64,000 nt of DNA from Mobula birostris (taxonomy: Eukaryota): contig NC_092376.1 of the NCBI RefSeq assembly GCF_030028105.1, positions 163,710,212 to 163,774,211 of the forward strand, given 5' to 3'. The notes under the pieces are model-generated. The model was given only the letters and a program-made list of their open reading frames with translations, was not told where the DNA came from and made no database searches. The translations under genes and the position numbers were made by a program. Of this stretch, positions 34,791 through 48,875 are shown piece after piece. How positions within the stretch are numbered: position 1 is the first letter of the stretch; each line of letters opens with the position of its first letter.

Positions 34791-35524
34791 AAGCAACACA
34801 CATCAAAGTTTCTGGTGAATGCAGCAGGCCAGGCAGCATTTCTAGGAAGAGGTACAGTCGACGTTTCGGGCTGAGACTCTTCGTCAGGACTAACTGAAGG
34901 AAGAGGTAGTAAGAGATTTGAAAGTGGGAGGGGGAGGGGGAGATCCAAAATGATAGGAGAAGACAGGAGGGGGAGAGATAGAGCCAAGAGCTGGACAGTT
35001 GATTGGCAAAAGGGATATGAGAGGATCATGGGACAGGAGGCCCAGGGAGAAGGAAAAGGGGGATGGGGGAAAAAACCCAGAGGATGGGCAAGGGGTATAG
35101 TCAGAGGGACAGAGGGAGAAAAAGGAGAGAGAGAGAAAGAATGTGTGTATATAAATAAATAACAGATGGGGTACGAGGGGGAGGTGGGTCATTAGTGGAA
35201 GTTAGAGAAGTCAATGTTTATGCCATCAGGTTGGAGGCTACCCAGACGGAATATAAGGTGTTGTTCCTCCAACCTGAGTGTGGCATCATCTTTACAGTAG
35301 AGGAGGCCGTGGATAGACATATCAGAATGGGAATGGGATGTGGAATTAAAATGTGTGGCCACTGGGAGATCCTGCTTTCTCTGGCGGACAGAGCATAGGT
35401 GTTCAGCAAAACGATCTCCCAGTCTGCGTCGGGTCTTGCCAATATATAGAAGGCCACATCGGGAGCACCGGACACAGTATATCACCCCAGCGGACTCACA
35501 GGTGAAGAATCACCTCACCTGGAA
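34791..35524 (-). mobile_element. Penelope-like element with GIY-YIG endonuclease fragment
   Basis: ORF 35192-35485 reads IYCVRCSRCGLLYIGKTRRRLGDRFAEH...GINID. Pseudo-LTR has a hammerhead motif at 34857-34891. Confidence 0.93.
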
Positions 35525-35985
35525 GCATGAACATTGACTTCTCTAACTTCTGCTAATGCCCCACCTCCCCCTCGTACCCCATCCGTTATTTATTTATATA
35601 CACACATTCTTTCTCTCTCTTCTTTTTCTCCCACTGTCCCCCTCACTATACCCCTTGTCCATCCTCTGGGTTTTTTCCCCCTTCTCCCTGGGCCTCCTGT
35701 TCCATGATCCTCTCATATCCCTTTTGCCAATCACCTGTCCAGCTCTTGGCTCCATCCCTCCCCCTCCTGTCTTCTCCGGTCTTCTCCTATCATTTTGGAT
35801 CTCCCCCTCCCCCTCCCACTTTCAAATCTCTTACTTACTCTTCCTTCAGTTAGTCCTGACGAAGGGTCTCGGCCCAAAACGTCAACTGTACCTCTTCCTA
35901 GAGATGCTGCCTGGCCTGCTGCGTTCACCAGCAACTTTTATGTGTGTTGCTTGAATTTCCAGCATCTGCAGAATTCCTCGTGTTT
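35525..35985 (+). mobile_element. Penelope pseudo-LTR, inverted relative to the adjacent copy
   Basis: Reverse complement of 34791-35225, directly abutting it. The hammerhead GAAA is mutated to AAAA at 35876. Confidence 0.9.
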
Positions 35986-38009
35986 AAGTAGAGGAAGGTA
36001 ATTTTTTCTTCTGGCGGGAATTATACGGTGAAACCCCAGGCATCAGTGTGAGATGGTGTTGCTGAAAGTAAGGACTGCTTACTGGTGGTTAACAAAACAA
36101 GGAATATGACTAATTGTTTAATGAATAAAACATTTTCTATTAAAAAAATTATGGTAAATGATCACCGTTACCAATGAAGAGGCAAGCGAAGGTGAGACTG
36201 AGGCGGGGGTCGAAGCTTGCCGATGTGAGGCATAGTCAGGGCAAAGTTCAGGCGTGTTCAAGGCAAAGTCAAGGCAAGTGTAGTGGACCAAAGTCAGAGT
36301 GGAGGAGAGGCAGATTTGAGGCCCATTCACCTAAACTGAGAATGAGGTCCGATTGATCGAAGCACTGGGCTGATTTGGGAAGGTTAGGTATGGCCGAAAC
36401 ATGGCAGCTGGGTCTGGACCAGGAGCGTATCACTATGACAGGGTGAGGAATGACTCAATGTTCGGACAATTTAAAAGTCAGGCAAGATAGATTGAAAAGA
36501 TAGGGTGTCAGGACCAGAGGCGAGGGTTGGACCAGTTCTGCTCGCAGCTGTGCAGCGTTTCCTCTGCTCTGCATTACACTGAGGCTGTTGCTTGGTTGAT
36601 CCAGGCATTGTGTCTGCCAACTCACTTTTCATCTAAATGCTATTTGCTTACTTTTAATGTTCGCACAATTTGTTTTTTTTTCTTCTCTGTAAATTGGGGT
36701 TCGACGGTCATTTTTTTTGTGGGTTCTTTCTGGTTTCTTCGTTTTGTGGCTGTCTGTAAAGGGACAAATCTCAAGGTTGTCTAATGTATGCATAATGATT
36801 TTATTGGATGTTCAGGATGTAAGGTTATAAATCTATAAGTTTACAAATTTGTAGGTGTAATAAATTACAAGAAGATTAGCAATAAAATTAGGACAAATAA
36901 TTATAACCTGGTGAAAAGAGCTGACAGATCAGAATTAATACCAACTATAAGTCACCTATATGTTATGTTATATAAAATCACAACCTATGGATTCATTTTC
37001 AATGACTCTTCATCTTATGTTCTTGATATTTATTGCTTATTTATTTATTATTATTATTATTATTTCTTCTTCCTTTGTACTTGCACAGTGTGTTGTCTTT
37101 TGCACACTTGTTGAACACCAGAGTCGGTGCAGTCTTTAACTGATATGGTTACTGGGTTTATTGAACATGCCCGCAAGAAAGTGAATCTCAGGGCTGTATT
37201 TGTAACATATATGTACTTTGATGATAACTTTATTTTGAACATTAAACTTTGAACATGTCAAGAAGATATGGAAATATAAACCAGGGAGCACTATTCTAAA
37301 GGAACACTGTAATTTTCGGTAAATGTGCGCAGTTTTGTATCAGGGCAGATTGATAAAATGGCTAAAACTTTATGTTTATGGAGGCCTTGACTACAAGAGT
37401 AAAGAGGTAGAGATAATTCCTTATAAAGAACTGGTGGGGGTGGTGGAATTCAAGCTTGCTTAAGATTTAAATTCATGCTTACTTTATGTCATTTCCTGTA
37501 TATAAGTGTAAAAGGGAACAAATTAATTGTTACTCCTGATCTAATGCAGTGCAAAACTAAAACACAATAAGATAAAGAACACAATAATCAAATGCACAAT
37601 AGATGTAAATACATAAGAAAGCATATATACAAGATTGATTGTATGTCCATTAAGTTATGCTTGGCACAGGAATGCCTGTACATAAGGTGACTCTGATAGT
37701 AGGGGTGGTGGGGTTAGTGGAAGGGTGGGTTAGTAGGTGCAGGTGTTGATCAGCCTTACTGCTTAGGGAAAGCAACTGTTTTTGAGACTGGCGTTCCTGG
37801 TGTGGATGCTACATAGCCTCCTCCCTGAAGGAAGTGGGACAAACAGCCCATGAGTAAGGTGGGTGGGATCATTCATGAAGGTACTGATCCTTTTCTGGCA
37901 CCTTTCTGTATATATGTCCTTGACGGCAGAGGGGCTGGTGCTGATGATGCGTTGGGCAGTTTTATCTACCTGTTGTAAAGCCTTCCTATCCGTTGCAGTG
38001 CCGTTTGCA

Positions 38010-38325
38010 ATGATAGTGTAGCACTTAGGACGGTCGCTTTACAGCACTAGCAATCAGCAATCCCGACACTCTCTGTAAGGAATTTTTACATTCTGTCCAT
38101 GACCACCTGGGTTTCCTCTAAGTGCTCTGCTTTCCTCCCACATTCCAAAGATGTACAATTTAGGGCTTAGTGAGCTGTGAGCATGCAAGTTTGATACCAG
38201 AAGTATGATGACTCTTGTGGGATTTCCACAGCACAATCCTCAGAATGTGTTGGTTGTTGATGCAAACAGCAACACATTCCACCGTATGCTTTGATGTTTC
38301 AAAGGACGTGCAACAAATGAAGGTA
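38010..38325 (+). mobile_element. V-SINE-like SINE
   Basis: tgggtttcctctaagtgctctgctttcctcccacattccaaagatgtac core. Confidence 0.6.
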
Positions 38326-39099
38326 ATCTTTGCTTGGGACAAAATTAGAAGTTTCTCTCTAATTCTAGATGCCACTCAAGAGGAAAGTTATATAAGTTTT
38401 AAGGAAAATGTAGAAGAAATTGACTAATATTATTTTAGAGATGAATATTTCAGTTGTTTGGATAGAATGGAAGAGCAAGGATTATTTTCCATGGAATATA
38501 CAAGGTTTTATATGATCTGTTTGACAGGATACCTAAAATAATGAGGAGTATTGGCACACTAGGTAAGGGGAAACATTCCCCAGTGGTGGAGGGCTCAGGA
38601 AGCAGTATTCATAAAATGAAGGTGTTTGGCTAAAGAATCAATAGTGATAGGAGAAAGAACTAGTCATAGTCATAGTCATAGCCATACTTTATTGATCCCG
38701 GGGGAAAATGGTTTTCGGTACAGTTGCACCATAAATAATTAAATAGTAATAAAACCATAAATAATTAAATAGTAATATGTAAATTATGCCAGGAAATAAG
38801 ACCAGGACCAGCCTATTGGCTCAGGGTGTCTGACCCTGACCCTGACTATCTCACGGAGTGACTGATTAGGCCCTGGAATACACTGCAAGGCAGGTACATT
38901 CAATTGTGCCAAACAAAAGGAACTGTGTGGGTATCTATGAGGAAAGAATTTGCCAGACTCCAGAAAGCAGGCTGGAGAGTATGCCCAGCTGTATTGTTTT
39001 TGCTTTATTTGCTATAATTAGTCTGCAATTCAGTGATTCACAAGTGATTCAACCTGCTATTTAAATCTGTAGCTTTAAATGAAACCATATATTCTGACA

Positions 39100-39236
39100 A
39101 TTGTCCTGATGACTGGTCTTGGTCCAAAACATTGACTCTTTATTGCCATCCATAGATGCTGCCTGGTGTGCTGAGTTCCCCCAGCATTTTCCCTACATTC
39201 CTCCAGATTTCCAGCATCTGCAGAATCTCTTGTGTT
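39100..39236 (+). mobile_element. Short Penelope-derived element with degenerate hammerhead
   Basis: gtcctgatgactggtcttggtccaaaacattgact...tagatgctgcctgg...ccagcatctgcagaatctcttgtgt. Confidence 0.7.
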
Positions 39237-41627
39237 CAGATTCTGACAACTAATCTAATTATAACACATTTGAGCAGGGGCAGGATTTGGAATCAGAACA
39301 ATGACATAAGAAATAAAATATTGCTGTTACATAATGGTTAGAAGAATTACAAGGTGTTTTTGAAACATTACCACCTGCAACTGACTACATCACAGGGTCA
39401 AAATCTCAGATGGCTGCATAACTAACTCCAAACCAGACTGCTGTGTCTGAGAAAATTATACTTTACTGCATAAGGCAAAAAGAAACCTAAAATACTGTGT
39501 CATGTTGCATAGATCTGAAACAACTCGGATAGTATACGTGTTTCCCAAACTTAAGCAGAAGTTGTGACTCAAAGTCAACAAGGATATGCCAGGATGCTTC
39601 TTTCTTATTATTTTAAACCTGGGTCATTCTGTTCATGACATTGAAATCCAAGAACGTTAAACAATGTAATCTGAGGTGACTATGATACTCTTCAGAGTTT
39701 TTACACAGTGAATGATCGCCATAACAAAGATCATATATCCATGTCATGTTCAGAGATCACTTTACTATGCATTGAAAAACTGAAGGACATCAAGTACAAG
39801 TTGCAACTTGGCTTTTGTATAGAGTCGGTTGTCCAGCCGTATTGCAGAGGGCAGTGAAGAGGCTCAGTTGATGGATATAGTCAACAAAGTTACAGAATTT
39901 GACAAAGTTATAGAATTATGAGGTTTAGTGCAGTAAAGTAGTCCTGAGGTAAAAAAAAAATCAGCCAGGATCAGGCAGGCACAGGGTGTCACTCCGACTC
40001 CTACAGTATTTCTCACCCAGGATCTTCCTGGATCACAAACGTTCTAACTTAAAACCTGACTTTACACCAACTCTCCCATACATATTTAATACATTTTTCA
40101 AGCTTTAAACAGTTATTACCCTACAACCATCAGGTTCCTGAACTGGTTCCTTGTCACCCTGTAATTCTTCCAACTATTATGTAACAAAAGTACTTTATAT
40201 CTTATGTCACTCACTCACCACTATTCTGAACTGATTCTATGATCTACAGACTCACTTTAGAACTCATATTCTAGGTATTATTTTCATTTTCACAGTTTGT
40301 CTTCTCGTACATTGGTGCCAGTTTGTCTTTGTCTGCTAATGTACAGTGTTCTTGTAAAATTTTGTTGCATCTCTTTCATTCCTGCAAGAAAATGAATCTC
40401 AAGCTAGTATATGGTAATATAAACTCACTTTGATTTAGATTTACTTTGAAATTTGAAGTTAGTGATAAGAATGTTTCATGGTATTCGGTACTTGATATCG
40501 TATACATTCATTAATTTAATTATGGGCAGTGTTAAGGTGATTATTGAACAAAATGAAGCAAAAAGAATGATAAAATATGGCTTACTATAGAAAATGGATG
40601 TTTCTGATTTCGGGAGAAATCAACTTACGGATGGTTGCCAGGACCAGAGCCCTTACCTAATCCAGGGATTGTCTGTATTCTCGACTCTGTCATGGAGATT
40701 TAAGATTGGGAATTCACTATTTCCCCAAAAATCACAGGTCAGGTAGGGCTTTTGTGAAATGTGAAACAGACTGAGAACTTCTCTCACCCATTTTTCACCA
40801 ACAAACGAACAAAATCTTTCAAAAGTATCCAAGTTTAACTTTAGCTAAGAAAATCAATGTTAATTCAAACTGGACCACTTGAATCGCAGCATAGCTTGCC
40901 AGTGTAATTCCAGTGTCAGTGATATCAGAAAACTCCATGAATGAAGTTTAGTTCCTTATCATGGGTAAAGGCTAGTTATTTCCATCCATTTTCTCTTAAG
41001 TTCAATTATACCTGATAGTGGCTTACAAAATTGTAAAAGGCATCCACAGGGTAGATAGAAAGAAATACTTCCCAATTACAGAAATGGCTAAGACTAGAAG
41101 ACATAACTTTAAGGTTAAAAGTAAAATGGTTAGAATGGATCGGAAGAATCATTAAAACAAGAACAGTCTGGATGGGGACAGTTTCTTCCCTCAGACTATT
41201 AGGCTACTGAACTTCCTGCCGCATTGCATTCGAAGTGTCACTGGTCAATTTGTTCTAGACCTTGCAACATTTAATTTATGCATTTTATTTGTTTATTTAT
41301 GTGTAATTTGTTGGTGATTTTATTCTTACTTTCCTAAATTATTGTGTGTTATCCTGTGCTTTACACCCTGGTCCAGAGAAACGTTGTCTCGTTTGACAGT
41401 ATACATGTACAGTATATAGTTAAATGACAATGAATTTGACTTGACAAAAATTATTTTCACCTAGTGGTGGTTGAAATCTGATACACAGTGCCTGAAAAGA
41501 TGGGAAAGACAGGCACCCTCAACATTTGAGAAGCATCAGGACAAACATTTTTGAATTGCCAACACATGGTACACTGTGTGGCTAAGTGCTGATAAGTGGG
41601 ATGTAGATAGGTAATTGGCAGTGTGCG

Positions 41628-41654
41628 TACACACACACATACACACACACACAC
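41628..41654. repeat. (CA)n microsatellite
   Basis: Read directly from the sequence. Confidence 0.9.
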
Positions 41655-43216
41655 AAAATCAAAATTCCTCCATTTTGGAACTCGGATATACTTGACTCTG
41701 TATATCAATTATACCCAAAAAGATAATCAGGAATTGAATTAGCACAAGTAGCAAAGAATCTTATTTGCCTGCTCCTTTACTTGGACTTTATTCTAAAACT
41801 TGTCAACAAAAATTATCAATGTGAGCAATAGAAGGTGAAAGAATATTAAAGAGAGAATAGTAAATTTCTAGTTTTCTGCCTGGGGATGTCTAATATGGTG
41901 CAAGTGAAAATCAACTGGTTTCTACAACAAGGAGTTAACTTTCAACGTCATTCCTGGATGACAAGTAGGATATCTTACACAGATAAACCAACAATCCCTG
42001 AACACAGGGGAATAAAACAATGGCATTCAGCAAATTAATATGGGATTTATCGGATGCTGCCTAGACTTTATATCTATGGGCTCTGTTTACCTATGGTCTC
42101 CAGATTCAAAGAGTTGGAGAAACTGACTCTTCGTCAGTGATAATCACCCAGTGAGAACAAAACCTCAAGTACTACAGCTGGGCATTCTAACCCACATTTG
42201 CCCAACACCGTTTGATAGCCCAGATTAATGATTAAAAATTAGCTTTATTTGTCACATGCACATCAAAACAGAGTGAAATGTATAATTTAGTTCAACCACC
42301 ACTGTAGTCCGAGGATGTACTAGTGTCGCCAAACCTCCTGCACCAACTTAAAGCTCTAGTTGCACTTCTTTAGGAGGGTGCCAGAGCAACTGAAGGAAAC
42401 ACACTCTGTCATGAGAAGGATTTACAAGCTCCTTACAGACAGGGGAAGGAATTGAACCCCAACCTTCCAATCATTGGCACTGTAAAGTACTTATGCTAAC
42501 TGCTACACTATTGTGCCACCAACTGCTTTAAAAAAGCCTTTGCAGTTGTTAATTGTCTCTGATGGTGACATTTTTTTAAAGTGTTTGGATAAGGTTTAAA
42601 ATTTTTAACTTCATACTATTAATAAAAGTTTTAAAAAACAAATTAAAACTCCCAACAAATAAAATTATTCAAATAATGAATGAAGCACTTACCTTTCTTT
42701 TATTGGATGATGTGACATCCAGCCCTAGTGTAAAGCTGAGGGCTGGGTGCAAATTGCAGTTCAACATGCTATAGCATATTACTAAAACCACAATTGAACT
42801 CAGTGCTGAGTCCAGTTACGTACAATTACATGCTCAATTACCTGACCTCAGGCACAAGGATGTCCAAGGCAGCATGAGGCCGATAACCAGCAGTTCATTT
42901 CAAAACTGTTTGATGTCAGTCAGCAGACTTCAGCCTGTGAAAAAATACAGCCCCGCGTTCTGCCCAGAGGAGTCATTTGGATTATCAGCTTCGTCTATTT
43001 GCAGTATTTCCTTGATATGTTTTAAATAATCCTGAATCACAGCTGTTTCTTTTCTGAAATCTGTTCTTGTTACATTACCTACGCCGGCAATTTCCTTGAT
43101 CAAATTCTTACACTTTTGCTCAAGAAAAAGATCATCCTGAATTTCCTATTTTTTCCCATTATTAATATGAAAGTTGACTTTGTGTGCAAGTGCAGAAAGC
43201 TCACTTTGATCTAAGT

Positions 43217-43712
43217 CAAGCAACACACATCAAAGTTGCTGGTGAACGCAGCAGGCCAGGCAGCATCTCTAGGAAGAGGTACAGTCGATGTTTCGGGCCG
43301 AGACCCTTCGTCAGGACTAACTGAAGGAAGAGCTAGTAAGAGATTTGAAAGTGGGAAGGGGAGGGGGAGGGGGAGATCCAAAATGCTAGGAGAAGACAGG
43401 AGGGGGAGGGATGGATCCAAGAGCTGGACAGGTGATTGGCAAAAGGGATATGAGAGGATCATGGGACAGGAGGCCCAGGGAGAAGGAAAAGGGGGAGGGG
43501 GGAAAAACCCAGAGGATGGGCAAGGGGTATAGTCAGAGGGATAGAGTGAGAAAAAGGAGAGAGAGAGAAAGAATGTGTGTATATAAAGAAATAACGGATG
43601 GGGTACGAGGGGGAGGCAGGGCATCAGCGGAAGTTAGAGAAGTCAATGTTCATGCCATCAGGTTGGAGGCTACCCAGACGGAACATAAGCTGTTGTTCCT
43701 CCAACCTGAGTG
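43217..43712 (-). mobile_element. Penelope-like element, truncated, hammerhead core at 43283-43318
   Basis: Close match to 34791-35280. Minus strand reads agtc-CTGACGA-agggtctcggccc-GAAA-cATC-gact. Confidence 0.9.
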
Positions 43713-45258
43713 TGAGTCATTGTCTAAGTAACTCCTTTCAAAGAGGGAAGACCAGGGGATAGTGAGTTTGGGTAATTTCTGAGACGGTAGGTTCATCAAA
43801 TGCTGAGAGCACCTGTACTATCTTTAGAAGAATTGGAAAATTCTGAAGGAACTTGAGAGCAACAAAATGGAGTTGAGATTTCTCTTATCTGGGTCTCTAA
43901 AACTAAGGGTAACAGTCTCAAAATAAGGGGAGGTGAGATAAGGAGATTTATTTTTTCACCCAGAAGTTTGTGAATCCTTCAAAGTCACCACATGAGAGCT
44001 GTGGAAGTTCAACAGATTTTTACATATTAAGGAAATTATTGTTTATTGGAGTTAGTCCAGAAGGTGAAGCTGAGACAAAAGACTGGATGTGATCTCTCTG
44101 AAGGCCAGAGAAGATACTGGATGTCTTCATATCTTATGTTCTCACTTTATCATTTTGGGATTATTATGACATCAAACTCTGCTGCACATCAAATGTAAGT
44201 GAATGTTCTTTAAAAAATAGATGGAATAAAATGGTGTGCATACTGCATATGCATAAGACCAAGTACAGCTTTAAAATGATTCTCTGCATTTACAGATTAT
44301 ACCCCTCATTATGCATCCTGTCAGGAAATGTAGAGGAGGCATTACCCAAAAGCAGAGCAGTGGATCCGATTCAGCAGAGATCGATAATTTTAATAATAGA
44401 CTACAAAATAACAAACCATGACAGAACGCCAAACAAGAGAGAAAAGGTACAACAAGCAACAAGGTAACAGAAGGCCAGGAGTAACTGGTTGAGTCCAGCT
44501 GATTCAAAGAGTGAACAAGGACAGTGACTGAGAGCTGGGTTTGAATAGGCTGCAGGTGATCAGTTTGAAAGAAGTGGCAGGTGACTCCTATTACCCAGGT
44601 GGAGATGGGAAGTGCCTATATGTACAGGCCTGAGAGGACAACCCCCACATCCACTCCAATGGTGCAGGATGGTCTGGATGGGTCCAGGAGAGCTACTTAA
44701 TGAGTGATTTACCCAAGATGTAACTGGATAGCACACATGACCTCTCCAGGCCGTACCTCTCCAAACAAACAGGTACTGCTAACACTGTCCACGACAACCA
44801 GAATCCAACAGCCAATGAACATGTACTCTGAACTACCTTCCGCCATCCTAGTTCTGGAGGTGCAGGCTCAGGAGGGTTGAGTGGTCTGTAGATAACTGGC
44901 TGGAAGCAGGACACATGGAAGGTAGGTGTGATCCTGAGGGATGGTGGCAACTGGACACGGTAATTGACTGTATTGTTGTGATGGGTAATCTTAAAGGAAC
45001 CTATGAACTAGAGCTAGAGCTTGCGAGAGTCAATGAGCAGGGGCAGATCTCAGGTGAACAGCCAGACACAGTCTCCAGGATAGAGTAGTCTGGCTGCGGG
45101 CTGACAGCAGTTGGCCTGGCAGCAGTAGGCATGATTGGCTGCTAGGATGGCCCTCCATGCCCTCTTCCAAGCATCCTGGCACTGGTGAAACAGGGCCTCT
45201 GCCATTGCTCCCTGCAAAGGAACCATTGGGAGCAGGTAGCCATGATTGAAGTTCTTCA

Positions 45259-46085
45259 AACAACAGGAATTCTGCAGATGCTGGAAATTCAAGCAACACA
45301 CATCAAAGTTGGCTGGTGAACGCAGCAGGCCAAGCAGCATCTGTAGGAAGAGGTGCAGTCGACGTTTCAGGCCGAGACCCTTCGTCAGGACTAACTGAAG
45401 GAAGAGTGAGTAAGGGATTTGAAAGTTGGAGGGGTAGGGGGCAATCCAAAATGATAGGAGAAGACAGGAGGGGGAGAGATAGAGCCAAGAGCTGGACAGG
45501 TGATTGGCAAAAGGGGATATGAGAGGATCATGGGACAGGAGGTCCGGGAAGAAAGACAAGGGGGGGGGACCCAGAAGATGGGCAAGAGGTATATTCAGAG
45601 GGACAGAGGGAGAAAAAGGAGAGTGAGAGAAAGAATGTGTGCATAAAAATAAGTAACAGATGGGGTACGAGGGGGAGGTGGGGCCTAGCGGAAGTTAGAG
45701 AAATCAATGTTCATGCCATCAGGTTGGAGGCTACCCAGATGGAATATAAGGTGTTGTTCCTCCAACCTGAGCGTGGCTTCATCTTTACAGTAGAGGAGGC
45801 TGTGGATAGACATGTCAGAATGGGAATGGGATGTGGAATTAAAATGTGTGGCCAGTGGGAGATCCTGCTTTCTCTGGTGGACAGAGCGTAGATGTTCAGC
45901 AAAGCGGTCTCCCAGTCTGCGTCGGGTCTCGCCAATATATAAAAGGCCACATCGGGAGCACCGGACGCAGTATATCACCCAGTCGACTCACAGGTGAAGT
46001 GTTGCCTCACCTGGAAGGACTGTTTGGGGCCTTGAATGGTGGTAAGGGAGGAAGTGTAAGGGCATGTGTAGCACTTGTTCTGCTT
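45259..46085 (-). mobile_element. Penelope-like element with GIY-YIG endonuclease fragment
   Basis: ORF 45685-45978 (IYCVRCSRCGLLYIGETRRRL). Perfect 14-bp TSD attgaagttcttca at 45245-45258 and 46086-46099. Confidence 0.95.
45357..45392 (-). ncRNA. Minimal type I hammerhead ribozyme motif, best-preserved copy
   Basis: agtc-CTGACGA-agggtctcggcct-GAAA-cGTC-gact, with a palindromic ACGT helix III and a GUC cleavage triplet. Confidence 0.78.
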
Positions 46086-48875
46086 ATTGAAGTTCTTCAT
46101 ACCTGTTGCAGAAGAGTTGTGTAGATGGTGGGATAGTTCAGCCCAAAGCAGTTACTTCTTCCCGATCGAAGGGTTAGAAGCAGCGAAGCATTGCAGAAAC
46201 TTCTCCACTTGCTGATTGACTCTTTGACTGACTGTTGGCTTGCAGATGATAGCCATAGGACAAACTCACCGAGGTGCGGCGGTGGAGCAGAAGGCTCACT
46301 AGAAGTGGAAGACAAATTGTGAGACCGGGTCCAACACAATATCCTGATAGAAGGCAAACTACATGTTGGAGAACCAGTTATGCAGTCACGGCAGCTGACT
46401 GAAGTGTGGGGAGGCCAATGAAGTGAGGTGCCTTGGAGAACTGAAACATCACTGTTCTGATCACCACAGCCCCATCACAGGTGGCAAAGCTGTGATGAAA
46501 TCCCTGGTGATGTGGAACCACGGGTGTCAAGGGACTGGTAGTCCAGGAGTCCAGAGGGCTGCCGGTTAGAAGAATTGGACTGGGCACAATGGAGGCAGGC
46601 AGCAATAAAATGATGTACATCTGTGATCATGGTGGTCACCAGAACCAGTGTTGCAGAAAATCCAGAGTCTGTCATGCACGTGGATAGCCAGGGAGGGGTG
46701 AGGCTTGGGCCTACTGGCGTTACTAGCACATACATGCATTTGTCAGGAGCAGGCTTGTGCTGTAGGGCCTGGCATATATGGTTATCAAGATCCCAGGCAA
46801 TCTGGGTGTGAATCTGAAAGGATGGAACAGTGGGCTGATGATCGATCCCTGTTTCATCTGGGTCAAACTGTCATGACAGGGCATCAGCTTCAGTATTCTT
46901 GGAAGCAGGTTGGTAGGAGATGGTCAAGTTGAATTTTTCGAAGAAGGCGGCCCAGCCAGCCTGATGTGGGTTGAGTTGGTGGGTCTGTTGTATGGATATG
47001 AGGTTCTGGTGGTCACTCCAGATCAGAAAGCGCTCTGTGTTTCCCATCAGCCAATGTCTCTATTCCCCCATTTTAGGGCAAGTAGCTCCCAGTCTCCTAT
47101 TCCATTGTATAGAGAAGAAGGCACAATGTTATGTCTTCCTATCCAGTCAGACATCCTCCACCTCTGCTACAAAAGGGTCTGGAGGGCTTCAGATGGTAGA
47201 GAATGGGAGCAGAGGAGAAGCTCCTCGAAAGCATGCTCTGAAACATGCCTTGGGGTGAAAGGACGTAGCCCAGGAAGGAAATAACTGGGGTGTGGAAATG
47301 GCATTTTCAAAATTGCAGTACAGTAGACACTGAAGGACTGAATGGATGTGATGGACATAGTCTTGGGGGTCCTTGGAGAAGATGAGGATGTCATCGAGGT
47401 AGACGAACACATATATTTGTAGCATGTCTCAGATCACATTAATGAAGGCATGGAATATGGCTGGACTGTTGGAAAGTGCGAAAGGCAACAACAAGTATTC
47501 ATAATGCCCAGAGGGTGTTATGAGCACCATCTTCCACTCATCCCTCTGGCAGATGAGAATCAGATTGTACGTATTCCAGAGATCCAGTTAGGTGAAGATC
47601 TAGGCCCCACAGAGAGTTTCGAACGCACTATCCATCAAGGAGAGAGGGTAGTGGTTCTTAAAGGTGATTTTGTAGAGTGCACAGTAGTCAATGCGGGGAC
47701 AAAGATACCCATCTTTTTTTTGACAAAGGAGAATGTTGCACTGGTTGAGTACTGAGATGGTCAAATGAAGCCATGCTGTAGTGCTTTGGCATTATAGTCA
47801 TTCATGGCTTGGGTCTCAGGTGGGGAGAGGGGGAACAGACAGCCTCAGGGAGGGGTAGTGCCAGGAGAAGGTCAATCATGCAGTCATATGATCTGTGCCC
47901 TCTTCTGTTTTACTGAAGGTGATGGCTAAATTGTGGTACGGATTTATGGGGTGAAGTTAACTGAGGTTGCAGGCAGTTGGATCCCCAACTCAGCAGTGAA
48001 CTGAATGAGCAAGGTGAGCCAAGGATAGCCCAAAATGAGAGAGAGGTTGGGTGAGTCAATCAGGTGGAATTGGGTGGACTCACGGTTTTCTATAACACAT
48101 GAACAGAGTTGTGTGTGCATTCTGACCATCCCAGACCCCGTTGGACATCCATCAGTGGTTGGGATGTAGAAGGGGTGAGAGACAGACCTGATAAAGAGAC
48201 CAGGCTGCACACACAGAGTCTGATCCAGAATGTTGCCTGCTGTGCCAGAATCCACCAGAGCCTCCTATGCACCTAGAGCTGTTGTGGTGTGGAGGCGGAC
48301 AGTGAGAGTGAGATGGGCTATGGTGTTGACAATGAGGGGTCAGGGTGGAGCTTACCATTTAGAAAGCTCCTCGCTCCTACCTGGTGACAGCCTGCATTTG
48401 ATGTATGGGTGAACAACTGCTCCTCAGTAAGCATACAGGTTGTTTCTCCACTGATGCTTGCACTCTTGGAAGGCTAAGGGAGCCCTCCCTAACTGTATGG
48501 GCTCTGGAGACATGAATAACAAGGGTCTTGCAGCCTGAAATTGTTCTGGGTATGGAACTAGGGTTCTGTCTGACGATCTGTAAGGTCGTTCCATATGGAG
48601 GCTTTGAAAGTTAGTAGGTATCTCCCCAGCAGATAGCTCATCTTTCAAGTGCTTCAAGATGCCATAATGATAATGGGTCAGCAGTACTCCTGTGTTCCAG
48701 CCACACTCCACTGCAAGGGTCCTGAACTCCACGGTATAATCCAACACATTGCATGAACCTTGACACAGGCAAAGTATCTGATCTGCTGCTTCCTTTCCAC
48801 TTCCCAGATGGACAAAAGCCCTGCACATCTCAGACGCAACACTCTCATATTTGTTGCAAATGGTGGTTTTATTGT

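Noticed and set aside
40620-40700. Minus-strand micro-exon ending at GTAAG donors
   Set aside because: The acceptor is weak and the peptide is unrecognised; such motifs are expected by chance.
42706-42817. SECIS or iron-responsive element
   Set aside because: The first hairpin lacks the 3' GA of the SECIS quartet, and the CAGTGC lacks a correctly paired five-bp upper stem.
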